Assembly: GCA_002633005.1 (NCBI GenBank)
Contig: NMRA01000014.1
Span: forward strand, 1,336,838-1,400,837
Direction: 5' to 3'
DNA from: Phoronis australis
Taxonomy: Eukaryota; Animalia; Phoronida
Length of the DNA: 64,000 nt
Part shown: positions 63,752 through 64,000 of the stretch, piece after piece
Position numbering within the stretch: position 1 is the first letter of the stretch
Layout: each line of letters starts with the position of its first letter
Notes under the pieces: generated by a model
Told to the model about the DNA's origin: nothing
What the model saw: only the letters and a program-made list of their open reading frames with translations
Databases searched by the model: none
Program-made: the position numbers and the translations under genes

Positions 63752-64000
63752 GTAAGTTAAGATAGTTGTTTGGTTCTAACAATCAACTCAAAAACATCAT
63801 TTTACTGTATGGGTGCTTTTATTTTCAAGAAGTTCATTCGCTGACTTTTATATACCAATGAAAACATAATAGATTGCTAATCCGTTACCCATTTTGTTAG
63901 GTATCCACATTCAAGTACATTTTGTGGTTGCATACTGTCAGCATTCCATTCGTTCGTCCATTTGTATGTCTGTCAATCCATCTGTGGTTACTGTTCCATG

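Overview
AT-rich animal genomic DNA, most likely a lophotrochozoan invertebrate such as a mollusc (inferred from domain content and repeat types). Bases 1-~3.6 kb hold the 3' end of a + strand c-clamp gene (ZNF704/ZNF395/Glut4EF family). From 8463 past the window end runs a giant + strand mosaic extracellular-protein gene. I traced it by hand as 37 GT-AG exons with consistent phases (8028 nt, about 2676 aa, no stop reached). Domain order: Sushi, Thr-rich stalk, (CTL-WSC-F)x3, FA58C, WSC, Sushi x6, WSC, WSC, F, (CTL-WSC-F)x2, CTL-WSC, CTL..., where CTL is a C-type lectin domain and F is a ~42-aa fibrinogen-like mini-module. Introns carry Helentron-associated (HINE/DINE-1-like) elements with CTCF-like motifs, MITEs, a LINE remnant, a polymorphic solo LTR and two haplotype duplications at N joins. 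The most unusual signals are (1) decaying tandem repeats copied from the edges of seven exons (eight arrays) into the flanking introns, and (2) a candidate internal promoter plus a cryptic signal peptide that would give a short isoform. All calls are manual reads, with no database searches.
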